Shown piece by piece: positions 24,546 through 35,193 of a DNA stretch of 64,000 nt. A program made the translations under genes and the position numbers. Each line of letters starts with the position of its first letter. The stretch's first letter is position 1. The notes under the pieces were generated by a model, which saw only the letters and a list, made by a program, of their open reading frames with translations, had not been told where the DNA came from and did no database searches. Source of the stretch: an uncultured Chloroflexia bacterium (GTDB lineage: Bacteria > Chloroflexota > Limnocylindria > Limnocylindrales > CSP1-4); contig CAVQJC010000001.1 in the NCBI GenBank assembly GCA_963712745.1, positions 320,001-384,000 of the forward strand. The letters are read 5' to 3'.

Positions 24546-25002
24546 TCACGCTCGTGAGCCCAGCATCGCGATGTCCGGACGCAGTTCCGCAGCATCGTCA
24601 CGCAGGATGCCGGAGACGACGTCAAGGCGGCGAGGCAGCCCAGCGCGCCTCGGCCAGGTTGACCGCCGACGAACAGGCGCCCTCGGTCGGATCGGGCAGT
24701 GCGTAGACGACACCATCCGCATCGCACTGCTGCAGGGCGCCCGACGCACATGGCGCACGGCTCGACGACACAGAAGACGGTGGTGCCCGCGAGCGACCAG
24801 CGACCCGACCCGCGTGGCCGCCTCGCGCAGCGCGATGATGACGGCGTGCGCGGTCGGGTCGCCAGCTACTGCGGACGGCTTCTCGGCCATGCGCGATGAG
24901 GGCCTCGTCGAGCACGGCGACGGCGCCATTCGCGCGCTCGCCTGCGGCGCCCGCCTGGGCGGCCTCCGCAAGTGCGGCGCGCATGTACAGCTCGTAGTTC
25001 AT
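24546..25002 (-). CDS. tadA: TadA-family deaminase homolog lacking the catalytic Glu (HAV); indels
   Basis: YMRAALAEA..GAVAV, DPTAHAVIIALREA, VVEPCAMCVG, GAC; canonical position next to tRNA-Ser, ffs and dnaX. Confidence 0.8.
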
Positions 25003-25168
25003 CGCGAGGCCTGGGCTTCCTCATCGGAGCGATACGGAGTCGCGCTTCGACGCCATCGTACCGTGCGGCGATTGGCGCTACCATCGCGCTGCAGCACGTA
25101 GCGTAGCGGCACGTTCGACTGAGGGTCAAGGCAGGCGCGCCTGCCGCAGAGAGGGTCTGGGTCAGGAC

Positions 25169-26381
25169 ATGGCACGAAACAGGACGCATCGGGATCCTCA
25201 CCGGCGGTGGCGACGTTCCCGGCCTCAACAGCGTCATCAAGAGCGTGACGTATCGAGCGACGGAGCTCGGCTACGAGGTCATCGGTGTCCGGCGAGGCTG
25301 GGAAGGCTTGACGCACCAGGAGCCGGGTGAACGCATGGACAGCCGCTACGTCGTGCCGCTCGATCGTGCCTCGACGCGGACCATCGATCGCACCGGCGGC
25401 ACCTGGCTGCATAGCTCGCGCACCAATCCACGCAAGATGCGTGCCGACAATCTGCCGCCGCACCTCGATGCCGCGCGGGCCGCGCAGATGCGCACGTCCG
25501 ATGACATCTACGACGTCACCCCGGTGGTGCTCGAGAACATCGAGGCCATGGGCCTCGACTACCTCATCCCCATCGGCGGTGATGACACGCTGAGCTTCTC
25601 CCAGACGCTGCACGAGAACGGCGTACCGCTCATCGCCATCCCCAAGACGATGGACAACGATGTCCAGGGCACCGAGTACTGCATCGGCTTCTCCACGGCC
25701 ATCACCCGCGCCAAGGACGCCATCAACAGGCAGCGCACCACCCTGGGCTCACACGAGCGCATCGGCGTCTTCCGCATCTTTGGTCGCGATGCAGGCTTCA
25801 CGGCGCTGTACACCGCATTCGTGACCTCGGCGCGCTGCCTCATCCCCGAGGCGACCTTCGACCTCGACCGGCTCGCAGGCATCCTCGCCGATGACCACGC
25901 CAACAACCCCAGCCACTACGCCTTCGTCATCGCCGCCGAAGGCGCGATGTGGGAGGGTGGCAGCATCCAGGAGGTCGGCGAGGCGGATGCCTTCGGACAC
26001 CGCCACAAGGCCAACATCTCCGAGGTCCTCGCTGCTGCCATCAAGCAGCGCACGGGTATCGACACGATCCACTCGGACCTGACCTATGACCTGCGATCGG
26101 GTGAGCCGGACGCGGTCGACCAGATGGTGGCGATCACCTTTGCCAATACGGCCATGGAGTTGGTGGCCGACGGCCAGCGCGGGCGCATGATGGCTATCCG
26201 CGGTGGCCGCTATGCCCACTCGCCCCTGCCTGACCCAGCCCTCGGTGCCGTCTCGGTTGACGTCGAGACGATGTACAACCAGGACCGCTTCAGGCCGATC
26301 TACGCGAACCTGCTTGGCAAGCCGGCGCTGCTGGGCCATCCGGTGGCGCCGCTGACCGAAGCGGAGTCGATATCGGCTTGA
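25169..26381 (+). CDS. pfkA: 6-phosphofructokinase (PfkA family); indel near the start
   Basis: IGILTGGGDVPGLN, IGGDDT, PKTMDND, IGFSTA motifs. Confidence 0.9.
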
Positions 26382-27286
26382 CTGACAGCGCCGTGGTGAG
26401 GTCGACCTATCTGCGGCGCGTGCTGGCCGTCTGGGGGCTTTTGATCGCAGTCCTGTTGGTGATCCTCATGACGGCGCTGGCCGATCCGTTCGAGCCGGAC
26501 AGCTTCGGTCCTGGTCATGATGCCCGGGCCTACTGGGCGGCTCCGCTCGACGACCCGTATGAACCCGGCTCAGTGGGCCATGAGAGCGCCTACCTATACT
26601 CGCCGGCGTTCCTCGTCGCCCTGAGCCCGTTGCGCTCCCTGCCGTGGCCGGTCTTCGTGGCCATCTGGACGAGCGGGCTGCTGGCGGCACTCTTCTGGCT
26701 GGCTCGACCCCTCCTCTTCCTGCCCCTGGTGCTGCTGGCCCTGCCAGAGATCTGGGGCGGCAACATCACCATCCTGCTAGCCGCCGCGATCGTGCTCGGC
26801 TTCAGCCGCTCCTTCGCCTGGGCCTTCCCGCTGTTGACCAAGGTCACGCCCGGTCTGGGCCTGCTCTGGTTCGGCTTCCGGCGGGAATGGCGGCAGCTCG
26901 GCATCGCCATCGGCGCGACGCTCGCGATCATCGCGGTCACGGCCATGTTCTTGCCCGGGCTGTGGCTCGACTGGATCGGCCTGCTCTCGAGTAGCACCGG
27001 CTCAAGCACCGTACCCGGCTCCGTGCCGATCCCCCTGCTGGTGCGCCTGCCCATCGCGGTGGTCGTCATCGGCTTCGCAGCCCTGAAGGGCCAGCGCTGG
27101 CTCCTGCCGGTCGGGGTGCTCCTGGCGATGCCGGTGATCTGGTGGGGCAGCCTGGCCATCCTGACTGCCTGCGTCGCACTCAAGCGCCACGAGATCGAGG
27201 ACCGCATCGAGACATTCCTGGCCATGATCGAAACGCGATACGCTCGCCACCTCAGTGCGGAGAGCGCCCCCACACCCACGAGCTGA
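26378..27286 (+). CDS. Multi-pass membrane glycosyltransferase, GT87/DUF2029-like
   Basis: DARAYW, YLYSPAF, GN, LTKVTPG motifs; many TM helices. Confidence 0.65.
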   Translation: MTDSAVVRSTYLRRVLAVWGLLIAVLLVILMTALADPFEPDSFGPGHDARAYWAAPLDDPYEPGSVGHESAYLYSPAFLVALSPLRSLPWPVFVAIWTSGLLAALFWLARPLLFLPLVLLALPEIWGGNITILLAAAIVLGFSRSFAWAFPLLTKVTPGLGLLWFGFRREWRQLGIAIGATLAIIAVTAMFLPGLWLDWIGLLSSSTGSSTVPGSVPIPLLVRLPIAVVVIGFAALKGQRWLLPVGVLLAMPVIWWGSLAILTACVALKRHEIEDRIETFLAMIETRYARHLSAESAPTPTS

Positions 27287-27347
27287 AGCGACGGAGCCTG
27301 ACGGCCCCGCAACGACCCGCTCTTCCAGGTCCGTCCCGGAGATATCG

Positions 27348-28743
27348 ATGACCCTGCGTCAAGCCTCACGTACACGGCCCGCGATCGCGCTTGCCGTGGC
27401 GTTGTCCTTGCTCCCGCTGAGCCTACCCACCGTGGCTGCCGACAGCCCCGAGACCGCCGTCAGCGAGCTCGTGGCTACCGTTGCGAGCGGCGACTTCTCA
27501 AGTCTCGACCAGGTCGTCTGCGCCGAGCAGGTCGACTCGGTGATCGGCCAGTTCGATCCAGATCGTGGCGCTGGGGCTGCCAGCTGGCTCCGAGACGCTC
27601 GCCGCGGCGCTGACATTCAAGCTCGAGGACGTCGGCATCGACGTCACCGACCAGCAGGAGGACACAGCTGCGGCCCGCCTCAGCGGCACCCTCAGCATCA
27701 CCATCGATGAGGCTCAGGCAAGTGACCTGGTGCGCGCCATGGTGGAGGTCGACGGCGAACAGATCGACGACGAGGAACTCGACTTCATCGTGCCCCTCAT
27801 GCTCGAGGCGCTGAGCGAGCCGCAGGCCATCGACGACGAGCTGACGCTCGTCCGAACCGACGGCGAGTGGTTGGTGTGCGGAGGTTTCGGTGACGGCGAC
27901 GGAGGTGAGCCGACGTTCGAGGACAGCATCTCCTTCGACGGCATCTGCGGCCTCGTTTCGCTCGCCGAGGTGAACGCTATCGGGCCCGCGGAGCTGCGCT
28001 ATGACTCGAGCGACGGTGCGGAGGACTACTGCTCGTATTCCTCCTACTCGGCCGAGAGCTACTACTCGACGAGCTTGAGCCTGGGACGAGGTGAGAGTCT
28101 CGAGCTGTACGAATCGTTCTACCCCGAGGCGAGAAAGGTCACGGTCGCGGGCTTGCCGGCGTTGCAGGCTGAGACGAGCCTCATGATCGAACTCGCCGAG
28201 GGCGTGCTGATGGTGGATATCTACCCAGGCGATGAGGTCCCGGCCGATTTCGACGTGCTGGCCTATGGCGAACGACTCGCGGAGCTGTTCATCCCGCTCA
28301 TCCCCGGACTCGAGGCCAGCCAATCCGTTGGCTTCGACACTGAGGGCCCCTCGCTGTGCGATGCCATCAGCATCGAGCAACTCACAGAACTGAGCGGCCT
28401 GGCCTTCGACGACGCGTACGGCGACGGCAGCTACTGTGACTACTCGGACTCCACGGCGGACGTCGGCTTCTACGTCATCACGACCAGCCTAGAGCCCTAC
28501 GGCCTGGACGACTTCAGCTCGTTCTTCCCCGGTGGTCAGGACCTGACCGTTGCGGGCAAGCCGGCGTACGCCGAGTCAGACCAGCTCTGGGTGGAACTCG
28601 ATGATGGCCCGACCTCGTTCGGCGTGGGCGTCTATTTCGAGGACTCGCCCGGCGCCGATGGCCTCGACCAGATCGACCTCATGCGACGCATCGCTGAAAG
28701 GGCCATCCCGGCCGTGCTCGCCGCAACCGATCCCGAGGCCTGA
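27348..28743 (+). CDS. Secreted acidic protein with an internally duplicated Cys-containing domain (indel near 27560)
   Basis: Signal peptide ending TVAA; two similar C..C..TVAG(L/K)PA..L.(I/V)EL modules. Confidence 0.6.
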
Positions 28744-28949
28744 TCCACTCATGCTGCACCACGATCCTGCCACACCCTGACGGCCGCCCACGCACCGAGG
28801 CCCGAGTCCAGCGGTCGCGATGCGCTCCGCGGCCCTAAACTACATCCCGTCCGGGAAGAGAGGTTCGGCTAGCGCGAACGCGGTAGCCATCGGGTTCGCC
28901 GGACACGACCGCCCGCTCGTGCCCGCGGGTAGACATCGGAGGAAAAAGA

Positions 28950-29942
28950 ATGCCCCGACGCCGTTCCCTATGGCTGCTGCCCGCAGCGGTCCTCGCTGCC
29001 ACAGCCTTCTCAGGAGCCGCTGCCGTCGCCCAGGACGATCCTCAAGAGCTGGTCATCGGCTTCGTGCCCTCGGTCGAAGCTGATGCGCTGGTCGAGAATA
29101 TCAAGCCGCTGTCCGACTACCTGACCGAAGCGCTCGGGATCCCCGTCAAGGGGTTCGTTTCGAGCGACTACGCCGCGATGGTCACCGCGATGGAGACCGG
29201 GCAGGCACAGATCGCGGCCTTGCCGCCCTTCGGCCTGGTCCAGGCTGTCGATCGCGCTGGCGCCGAGATGATCCTGCAGTCCGATCGCTTCGGCAGCACC
29301 TCGTACCACACGCAGTTCATGACCACGGACGCCGATAAGTACTGCCTCGACGAGCCGGTCGAGAACATGCGCGTGCGCGAGGATGTCGAAACCGCGTTCC
29401 TCAATTGCAACGGCACCGCCCGGGAGAACTCTGACTCTCCCGAGGGCCCCATCGGCCTCGACGCCCTTGCTCTCGTGGAGCCGGGCACGACCGTTTCCTT
29501 CGTGGAGCAGACCTCTGCGTCGGGCTACATCTTCCCGGCCACGGTCTTCGCGACGCTCGGACTCAACCCCGAGACCGACCTCGAGGCCCTCTTCGCGGGC
29601 GGCCATGATGCATCCGTCATCGCTGTGTGCATGGGTCAAGCCGAAGTGGGCGTGAGCTTCGACGATGCCCGACCCCAGGCTGTCACCGACTGTGACGTGC
29701 CCGGCACGGTCGTCACGTTCGCGTACGGACCCGAGATCCCGAACGATGGCGTGGCCGTCGCCGGCGACCTTTCCGAGGAACTGAAGACCAATATCAAGCA
29801 GGCGCTGCTCGACTTCGCCTCGACCGAAGACGGCGTGTCGGTGCTGGAGAGCATCTACAACATCACTGCCTTCGGCGAGCCCAACCAGGATTCGCTGCAG
29901 ATCATCCGTGATGCAGTCAACGAGCTCGGCTACGGCTCCTAG
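28950..29942 (+). CDS. phnD: Phosphate/phosphite/phosphonate ABC transporter substrate-binding protein
   Basis: Signal peptide, IGFVPS, SASGY, GGHD, IPNDG. Confidence 0.85.
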   Translation: MPRRRSLWLLPAAVLAATAFSGAAAVAQDDPQELVIGFVPSVEADALVENIKPLSDYLTEALGIPVKGFVSSDYAAMVTAMETGQAQIAALPPFGLVQAVDRAGAEMILQSDRFGSTSYHTQFMTTDADKYCLDEPVENMRVREDVETAFLNCNGTARENSDSPEGPIGLDALALVEPGTTVSFVEQTSASGYIFPATVFATLGLNPETDLEALFAGGHDASVIAVCMGQAEVGVSFDDARPQAVTDCDVPGTVVTFAYGPEIPNDGVAVAGDLSEELKTNIKQALLDFASTEDGVSVLESIYNITAFGEPNQDSLQIIRDAVNELGYGS

Positions 29943-29954
29943 CCGTACCTGAAC

Positions 29955-29980
29955 GGGCGAGCCCGACTACGGGCTCGCCC
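29955..29980 (+). terminator. Perfect 11-bp GC hairpin between phnD and phnC (mRNA stabiliser or attenuator; no U-tract)
   Basis: GGGCGAGCCCG-ACTA-CGGGCTCGCCC. Confidence 0.6.
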
Positions 29981-30007
29981 ACCAGATCTTCACGGCAGAC
30001 CACACCC

Positions 30008-30802
30008 ATGATCCTGTTCGAGCAGGCCACGGTCACCTACCCCGGTGGCGTACACGCACTCAAGGACCTCACGCTCGAGATCCCGGATGGCCAGATGATC
30101 GTGATCGTGGGCCTCTCGGGAGCCGGCAAGTCCACCCTGATCCGTGCCGTCAACGGGTTGGTGCCATTGACGGGCGGCGATATCACCATCGATGGCGTCA
30201 GCGTGCGCGGCGCGTCGACCAAGCAGTTGCGTGAACTGCGCTCCCACATCGGCATGATCTTCCAAACCTTCAACCTCGTGAACCGCACGTCCGTGCTCAA
30301 CAACGTGCTCATGGGCCGGCTACACGAGACCAGCACGTGGCGTTCGCTGCTGGGCTGGTACAAACCTGCCGACGTCGAGATCGCCATGCAGGCGCTCGAG
30401 CGCGTCGACATCATCGAGAAGGCCTACGTGCGCGCGGCCAACCTGTCAGGTGGTCAGCAGCAGCGTGTCGGCATCGCGCGAGCGCTGGCACAGGAGCCCA
30501 CGATCCTGCTGGCCGACGAGCCAGTCGCGAGCCTTGACCCGCCCACCAGCCACGTGGTCATGCGTGACCTGCAGCGCATCAATCGCGAGCTGGGCATCAC
30601 GACCATCGTGAACCTGCACTTCCTCGACCTGGCCAAGGTGTACGGCGAACGCATCATCGGCCTGCGCGATGGCGAGCTCGTCTATGACGGCACGGGCGAC
30701 GAGGCCGACGAGAACGTCTTCCGTGACATCTACGGACGCTCACTCACCGCGGATGACGTGATGGGCGCACCGACGCCGACCCCAGCCACGATCGGCGCGT
30801 GA
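30008..30802 (+). CDS. phnC: Phosphonate-type ABC transporter ATPase
   Basis: GLSGAGKST, LSGGQQQRVGIARAL, ILLADEPVASLDP, NLH. Confidence 0.92.
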   Translation: MILFEQATVTYPGGVHALKDLTLEIPDGQMIVIVGLSGAGKSTLIRAVNGLVPLTGGDITIDGVSVRGASTKQLRELRSHIGMIFQTFNLVNRTSVLNNVLMGRLHETSTWRSLLGWYKPADVEIAMQALERVDIIEKAYVRAANLSGGQQQRVGIARALAQEPTILLADEPVASLDPPTSHVVMRDLQRINRELGITTIVNLHFLDLAKVYGERIIGLRDGELVYDGTGDEADENVFRDIYGRSLTADDVMGAPTPTPATIGA

Positions 30803-31605
30803 CGGCCGCAAGCCAGGCGAGCCGACGACCTGCCAAACCGCGTCGCTCGCCGGCGATCTACGTTGCCATCGCGGTCTTCGTACTCATCACCCTCGTCTCG
30901 GTCAGCGAGGAGTGGGGCATCGGCCTCGACATCGGCTCGATCCTCGCCGACATCGGACGCGGCGAGGGCATCATCCGCGAACTGCTCAACCCCAACTGGG
31001 CCTTCCTGCCGCGTACCTTCGAGCCACTCCTCGAGACCTTTGCGATGGCGGTAGTGGCCGCCTTCATCGGCTGCACCGTGGCCCTGCCCATCGTCTTCTT
31101 CGCCTCTCGTGTGACCGTCCCCAACCGCATCACCCTGACGCTCACGCGCGGCGTCCTCAGCGTCATCCGGGCCATCCCGGACTTCCTCTACGCCCTGATC
31201 TTCGTGGCGGCTATCGGTATCGGCCCCCTCGCAGGTGTCGTGGCGTTGATCTTCTTCAACGTCGGCGTCGTCGCCAAACTGCTCTCGGAGACCGTCGACA
31301 GCGTGGACACCGGACCCATCGAGGCCATCGACGCGGGCGGTGCCAGCCGCACGCAGATGGTGCGCTGGTCGGTACTGCCCCAGGTGTTGCCGAACTACGT
31401 GGCCTTCTCGCTCTACGCCTTCGAGCTCAACGTGCGCGCCTCCACGGTCATCGGTGTCGTCGGCGCCGGCGGCATCGGCACGCTGCTCTTCACGCAGTAC
31501 CGCTTCTTCCAGTGGAGCAACGTCTCGGTCATCGTCATCGAACTGTTCTTCATCGTCTTCGTCATCGAGCTGATCTCGATCCGCCTCCGACGCCGGCTGG
31601 TATAG
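30799..31605 (+). CDS. phnE: Phosphonate-type ABC transporter permease
   Basis: RAIPD, KLLSE, FELNVRAS..GVVGAGGIG. Confidence 0.9.
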   Translation: MTAASQASRRPAKPRRSPAIYVAIAVFVLITLVSVSEEWGIGLDIGSILADIGRGEGIIRELLNPNWAFLPRTFEPLLETFAMAVVAAFIGCTVALPIVFFASRVTVPNRITLTLTRGVLSVIRAIPDFLYALIFVAAIGIGPLAGVVALIFFNVGVVAKLLSETVDSVDTGPIEAIDAGGASRTQMVRWSVLPQVLPNYVAFSLYAFELNVRASTVIGVVGAGGIGTLLFTQYRFFQWSNVSVIVIELFFIVFVIELISIRLRRRLV

Positions 31606-31609
31606 CGGC

Positions 31610-32473
31610 ATGATCTCGACTGCCGGTCGCCCGCAGCGGCCCTCGACAGCCAAGCGCAATCTCTGGATCGTCGGCGCACTAGCCCTCTTCCTGGCCAGCC
31701 TGTTCAGCCTCGACATCGATGCTGCGGACATCCTGGCCCTGCCGCGGGGCGTCGCCACCGTGCTCTCCAAGATGTTCTTCGACGGCGGGCCGGATTGGGC
31801 ATTCCTCGACAACTCCGTGAACGCCATGATCGAGTCGCTCCAGATGGCCTGGGTGGGCACCATCATCGGGGCCACCCTGTCTATCCCGCTCGGCTTCCTG
31901 GGCGCCAAGAACGTATCTAGCGGCCTCGTCTCGAACGTCGTGCGCCAGATCCTCAACGGCATCCGCGCCTTCCCTGAGACTCATCCTTGCCATCGCCATC
32001 TTCATCCCCATCGCGGGACTCGGACCGGTCGCCGGCGCCCTGGCCATCGGCATCCACTCCGCGGGCACCCTGGGCAAGCTCACGGCCGAGGCCATCGAGG
32101 GCATCGACCCCGGGCCCATGGAGGCGGCCCGAGCGGCGGGCGGCCGCGGTCTACAGGTGCAGCGCTGGGGCGTCCTGCCGCTGGTACTGCCCGAGCTGGT
32201 GGGCTTCTGGCTCTACCGCTTCGAGATCAACATCCGCGCCGGTGCGGTGCTTGGCGTGGTCGGGGCCGGCGGTATCGGCTTCCTGCTCGACCAGACCATC
32301 AAGTTCGGGCGCTTCCCGCAGGCCGGCATGGCCATCATCGTGGTCGTGGTCGCCACCATCCTCGTCGATGGGCTGTCAGGACGCGTGCGACGTCGCATCA
32401 TCGAGGGTGCCGATGCCAAGGTCGCTCCGGAGGCTGAGAGTCGATCATCGACCCCGCCATGGCTGGCTCATGA
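31610..32473 (+). CDS. phnE: Second PhnE permease (indels)
   Basis: IRAFPE, LGKLTAE, FEINIRAGAVLGVVGAGGIG; reconstructed stop overlaps the next ATG (ATGA). Confidence 0.85.
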
Positions 32474-33496
32474 GCTCGCCCTTCAGGCTGCGCGATCGCG
32501 CAGCCCGCGAGGCCGAGGAGGTCGAGCGTCTCGCCCCGGCCGCGCTTCGCTCGATCGACTCACGCGGTCGTGAACGGCACGAACAACCCGACCGCTTGCG
32601 CACCATCTTCGAGCGTGACCGCGACCGCATCACGCACAGCAAGGCCTTTCGGCGCCTGAAGCACAAGACGCAGGTCTTCGTGAACCCCGAGGACGATCAC
32701 TACGTCACGCGCCTGACGCACACCATCCAGGTGACCCAGATCGCGCGCTCGCTCGCAGACGCACTCTCACTGAACGAGCCGCTGGCCGAGGCCATCGCGC
32801 TGGGCCACGACGTCGGCCACTCGCCCTTCGGCCATACCGGAGAGGAAGCACTCTCGCCGTACTTCCCGACCGTCGGCGGGTGGCACCATGCGGCGCAGAG
32901 CGTGCGAGTCTACGAGGTGCTCGAGGACCTCAACCTTGCTTGGGAGGTGCGTGACGGTATCCGCGCACACTCGTGGAAGATCGAGCCGCCACCGACGTAC
33001 GCAGGAGGCCTCTGTGTGCGCTACGCCGACCGTATCGCCTACCTGACGCACGACGCGCTCGACGCCATGCGTGCCGGGCTGCTCACGCAGGACGAGTTCC
33101 CGACGCGCCATCCGTGCCCGCTTCGGCCCGCCCGGCTCGGCCTGGGTCGGGCGGCATGATCGAGGCCGTGGTGGACGGCTCGACTGGCCGAGCGGCGACG
33201 TGACGATGGACGATGAGGTCCTCGCCGACATGACCGAGCTGCGCGACTTCATGTTCGAGCGCGTCTACCTGGCGCCGACGCAGCGCGATCACCATCGCCA
33301 GGCGGTCGAGGTCATCCGTCGCCTGCTGGACCACCACCTCAGCCACCCCGACGAACTGCCTGCTTCGTACCGCGACAACGACGCCGACCGCGTCGTGCAG
33401 GCGGCCGACTACGTCACCGGCATGACCGACCGTTTCGCGCTGCGCAGGCACGAGCAGCTGTTCGGCTACCGCGGCATCGACGACCCGCAGCTGTGA
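32470..33496 (+). CDS. dgt: HD-domain dNTP triphosphohydrolase (dGTPase, Dgt family); indels
   Basis: FERDRDRI, AFRRLKHKTQVF, TRLTH, HDVGHSPFGHTGE, ADYVTGMTDRFA. Confidence 0.88.
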
Positions 33497-34105
33497 GACG
33501 TTTCGACGACCGCTGAGCGGACTGCGCGTGGGCCTCGACATGGACGGCGTCCTGGCTGACTTCAACGCTGGCTGGATGCGGCGCTACAACGCGGACTTCG
33601 AGGCGCAGTTGCACCCGTCGATGGTGGTCACGTGGGATGGCTTGCACCGACTTACCCATTTCGAGTCGATGGTCGACTTCTGGGACTGGGCCCGCGGGGA
33701 TGAGCACTCCACCTTCCGGGATGCACCGGCCTTGCCGGGTGCTGTCGAGGCCGTGCCAAGCGCATCGCGCAGAAGCATCGCCTCGTGATCGTCAGCTCCA
33801 AGTTCGACTGGGCCATCCCTGATTCGATGGCCTGGCTGGCGGCGCATGCCATCCCGGCGCGCGAGGTGCACTTCCTGTGGGACAAGACCCTGGCCGCCTG
33901 CGACGTCTACATCGACGATGCACCGCACCAGTTGGCGGAGCTCAGCCGTCGGCTGCCCGAAGCGACCGTCTGTCGCATGGTGCATCCGTGGAACGAACCG
34001 ATGGCCGGCGTGCTCGACGTGCACTCATGGCACGAGTTCGAGACGATCGTCGATGACGCGGCCGTTCGCAAATCCGATCGCGCTGGTCGCACGACCGAGG
34101 GATAG
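33493..34105 (+). CDS. 5'(3')-deoxyribonucleotidase, NT5C/HAD family; indels
   Basis: GLDMDGVLADF, PGAVEA, YIDD, PWN motifs. Confidence 0.8.
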
Positions 34106-34122
34106 TTGCAGGCGCAACTATC
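34101..34122. promoter_or_regulatory. Palindromic operator GATAGTTGC-N4-GCAACTATC upstream of pirin
   Basis: Perfect 9-bp inverted repeat just upstream of an extended -10 (TGGCATACT). Confidence 0.65.
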
Positions 34123-34158
34123 CTGTGGCATACTGCGGTCCAGGAAAGGAGACCCCAC

Positions 34159-35161
34159 GTGCCAGCCATCAGCGTTGACGACATCACTGCCCTGCAGCGT
34201 ATCCCCTCCCCCGATCCAGTGACCGCTCGGCCTCGTGCGGTGAAGAGCGTCACACGGGCCCCCAGTGCGTTCGAGGGCGAGGGTTTCCCGGTGCGCCGGG
34301 CCTTCGCGGGTGTCGACCTGCGCGACCTCGACCCGTTCATCCACCTCGACCAGATGGGCGAAGTGGAATACGCGCCCGGTGAACCGAAGGGCACGCCATG
34401 GCATCCGCATCGCGGCTTCGAGACCGTGACCTACATGATCGACGGCATCTTCGAGCATGCCGACTCGAACGGCGGCGGCGGCGTCATCACCAACGGCGAC
34501 ACCCAGTGGATGACCGCTGGTGCGGGCATCCTGCATATCGAGAAGCCGCCGGAGCATCTCGTCATGAGCGGTGGCCTCTTCCATGGCTTCCAGCTCTGGG
34601 TGAACCTGCCCAGGGACAAGAAGTGGGCCGATCCGCGTTACCAGGACCTGCGCGCCGATGAAGTGGCGTTGGTCGCCTCGGATGACGGCGGTGCCCTGCT
34701 GCGCATCATCGCGGGAGAGATCGCCGGCTTCACAGGTCCCGGGTCGACCTATACGCCGATGATCCAGATCCACGCCACCATCAGCCCAGGCGCCGCGGTA
34801 TCCCTGCCCTGGCGAGCCGACTACAACGGCCTGCTCTACGTGCTCAATGGCGAGGGCACGGTCGGGCCCGGAGAAGCGCCCCATCAGCATGGGCCAGCTC
34901 GCGGTGTACGGCGCGGGCAACGTGCTCAGCGTGGCCGCCTCGGCGGTGCAGGAGAGCCGCAGCCCCAGCATGGACGTGCTCATCCTCGGCGGTCGGCCCA
35001 TCCGTGAGCCGGTGGCATGGATGGGCCCGTTCGTGATGAACACGCGCGAAGAAGTCATGCAGGCGTTCAGCGACTACCAGGCTGGTCGCCTCGGCTCGAT
35101 CCCGGCGGTGCATGGCACGCCGGACCGGGTCATCTCGACGGACGGCCAGCCCCGCGCCTGA
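34159..35161 (+). CDS. Pirin family protein (indel near 34870)
   Basis: DPFIHLDQ, HPHRGFETVTY, QWMTAGAGILHIE, QLWVNLP, GPFVMNT. Confidence 0.92.
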
Positions 35162-35193
35162 GAGCGGGCGGATCGATAACGAGCACCCAAGGC

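Noticed and set aside
28830-28900. Pho box upstream of phnD
   Set aside because: The GTTC elements are 31 bp apart and not in clear 11-bp phase, so the signal is too weak to call.
32470-33496. Anti-phage dGTPase defence system
   Set aside because: It is a short housekeeping-type Dgt embedded in a transporter operon, with no defence-island context.
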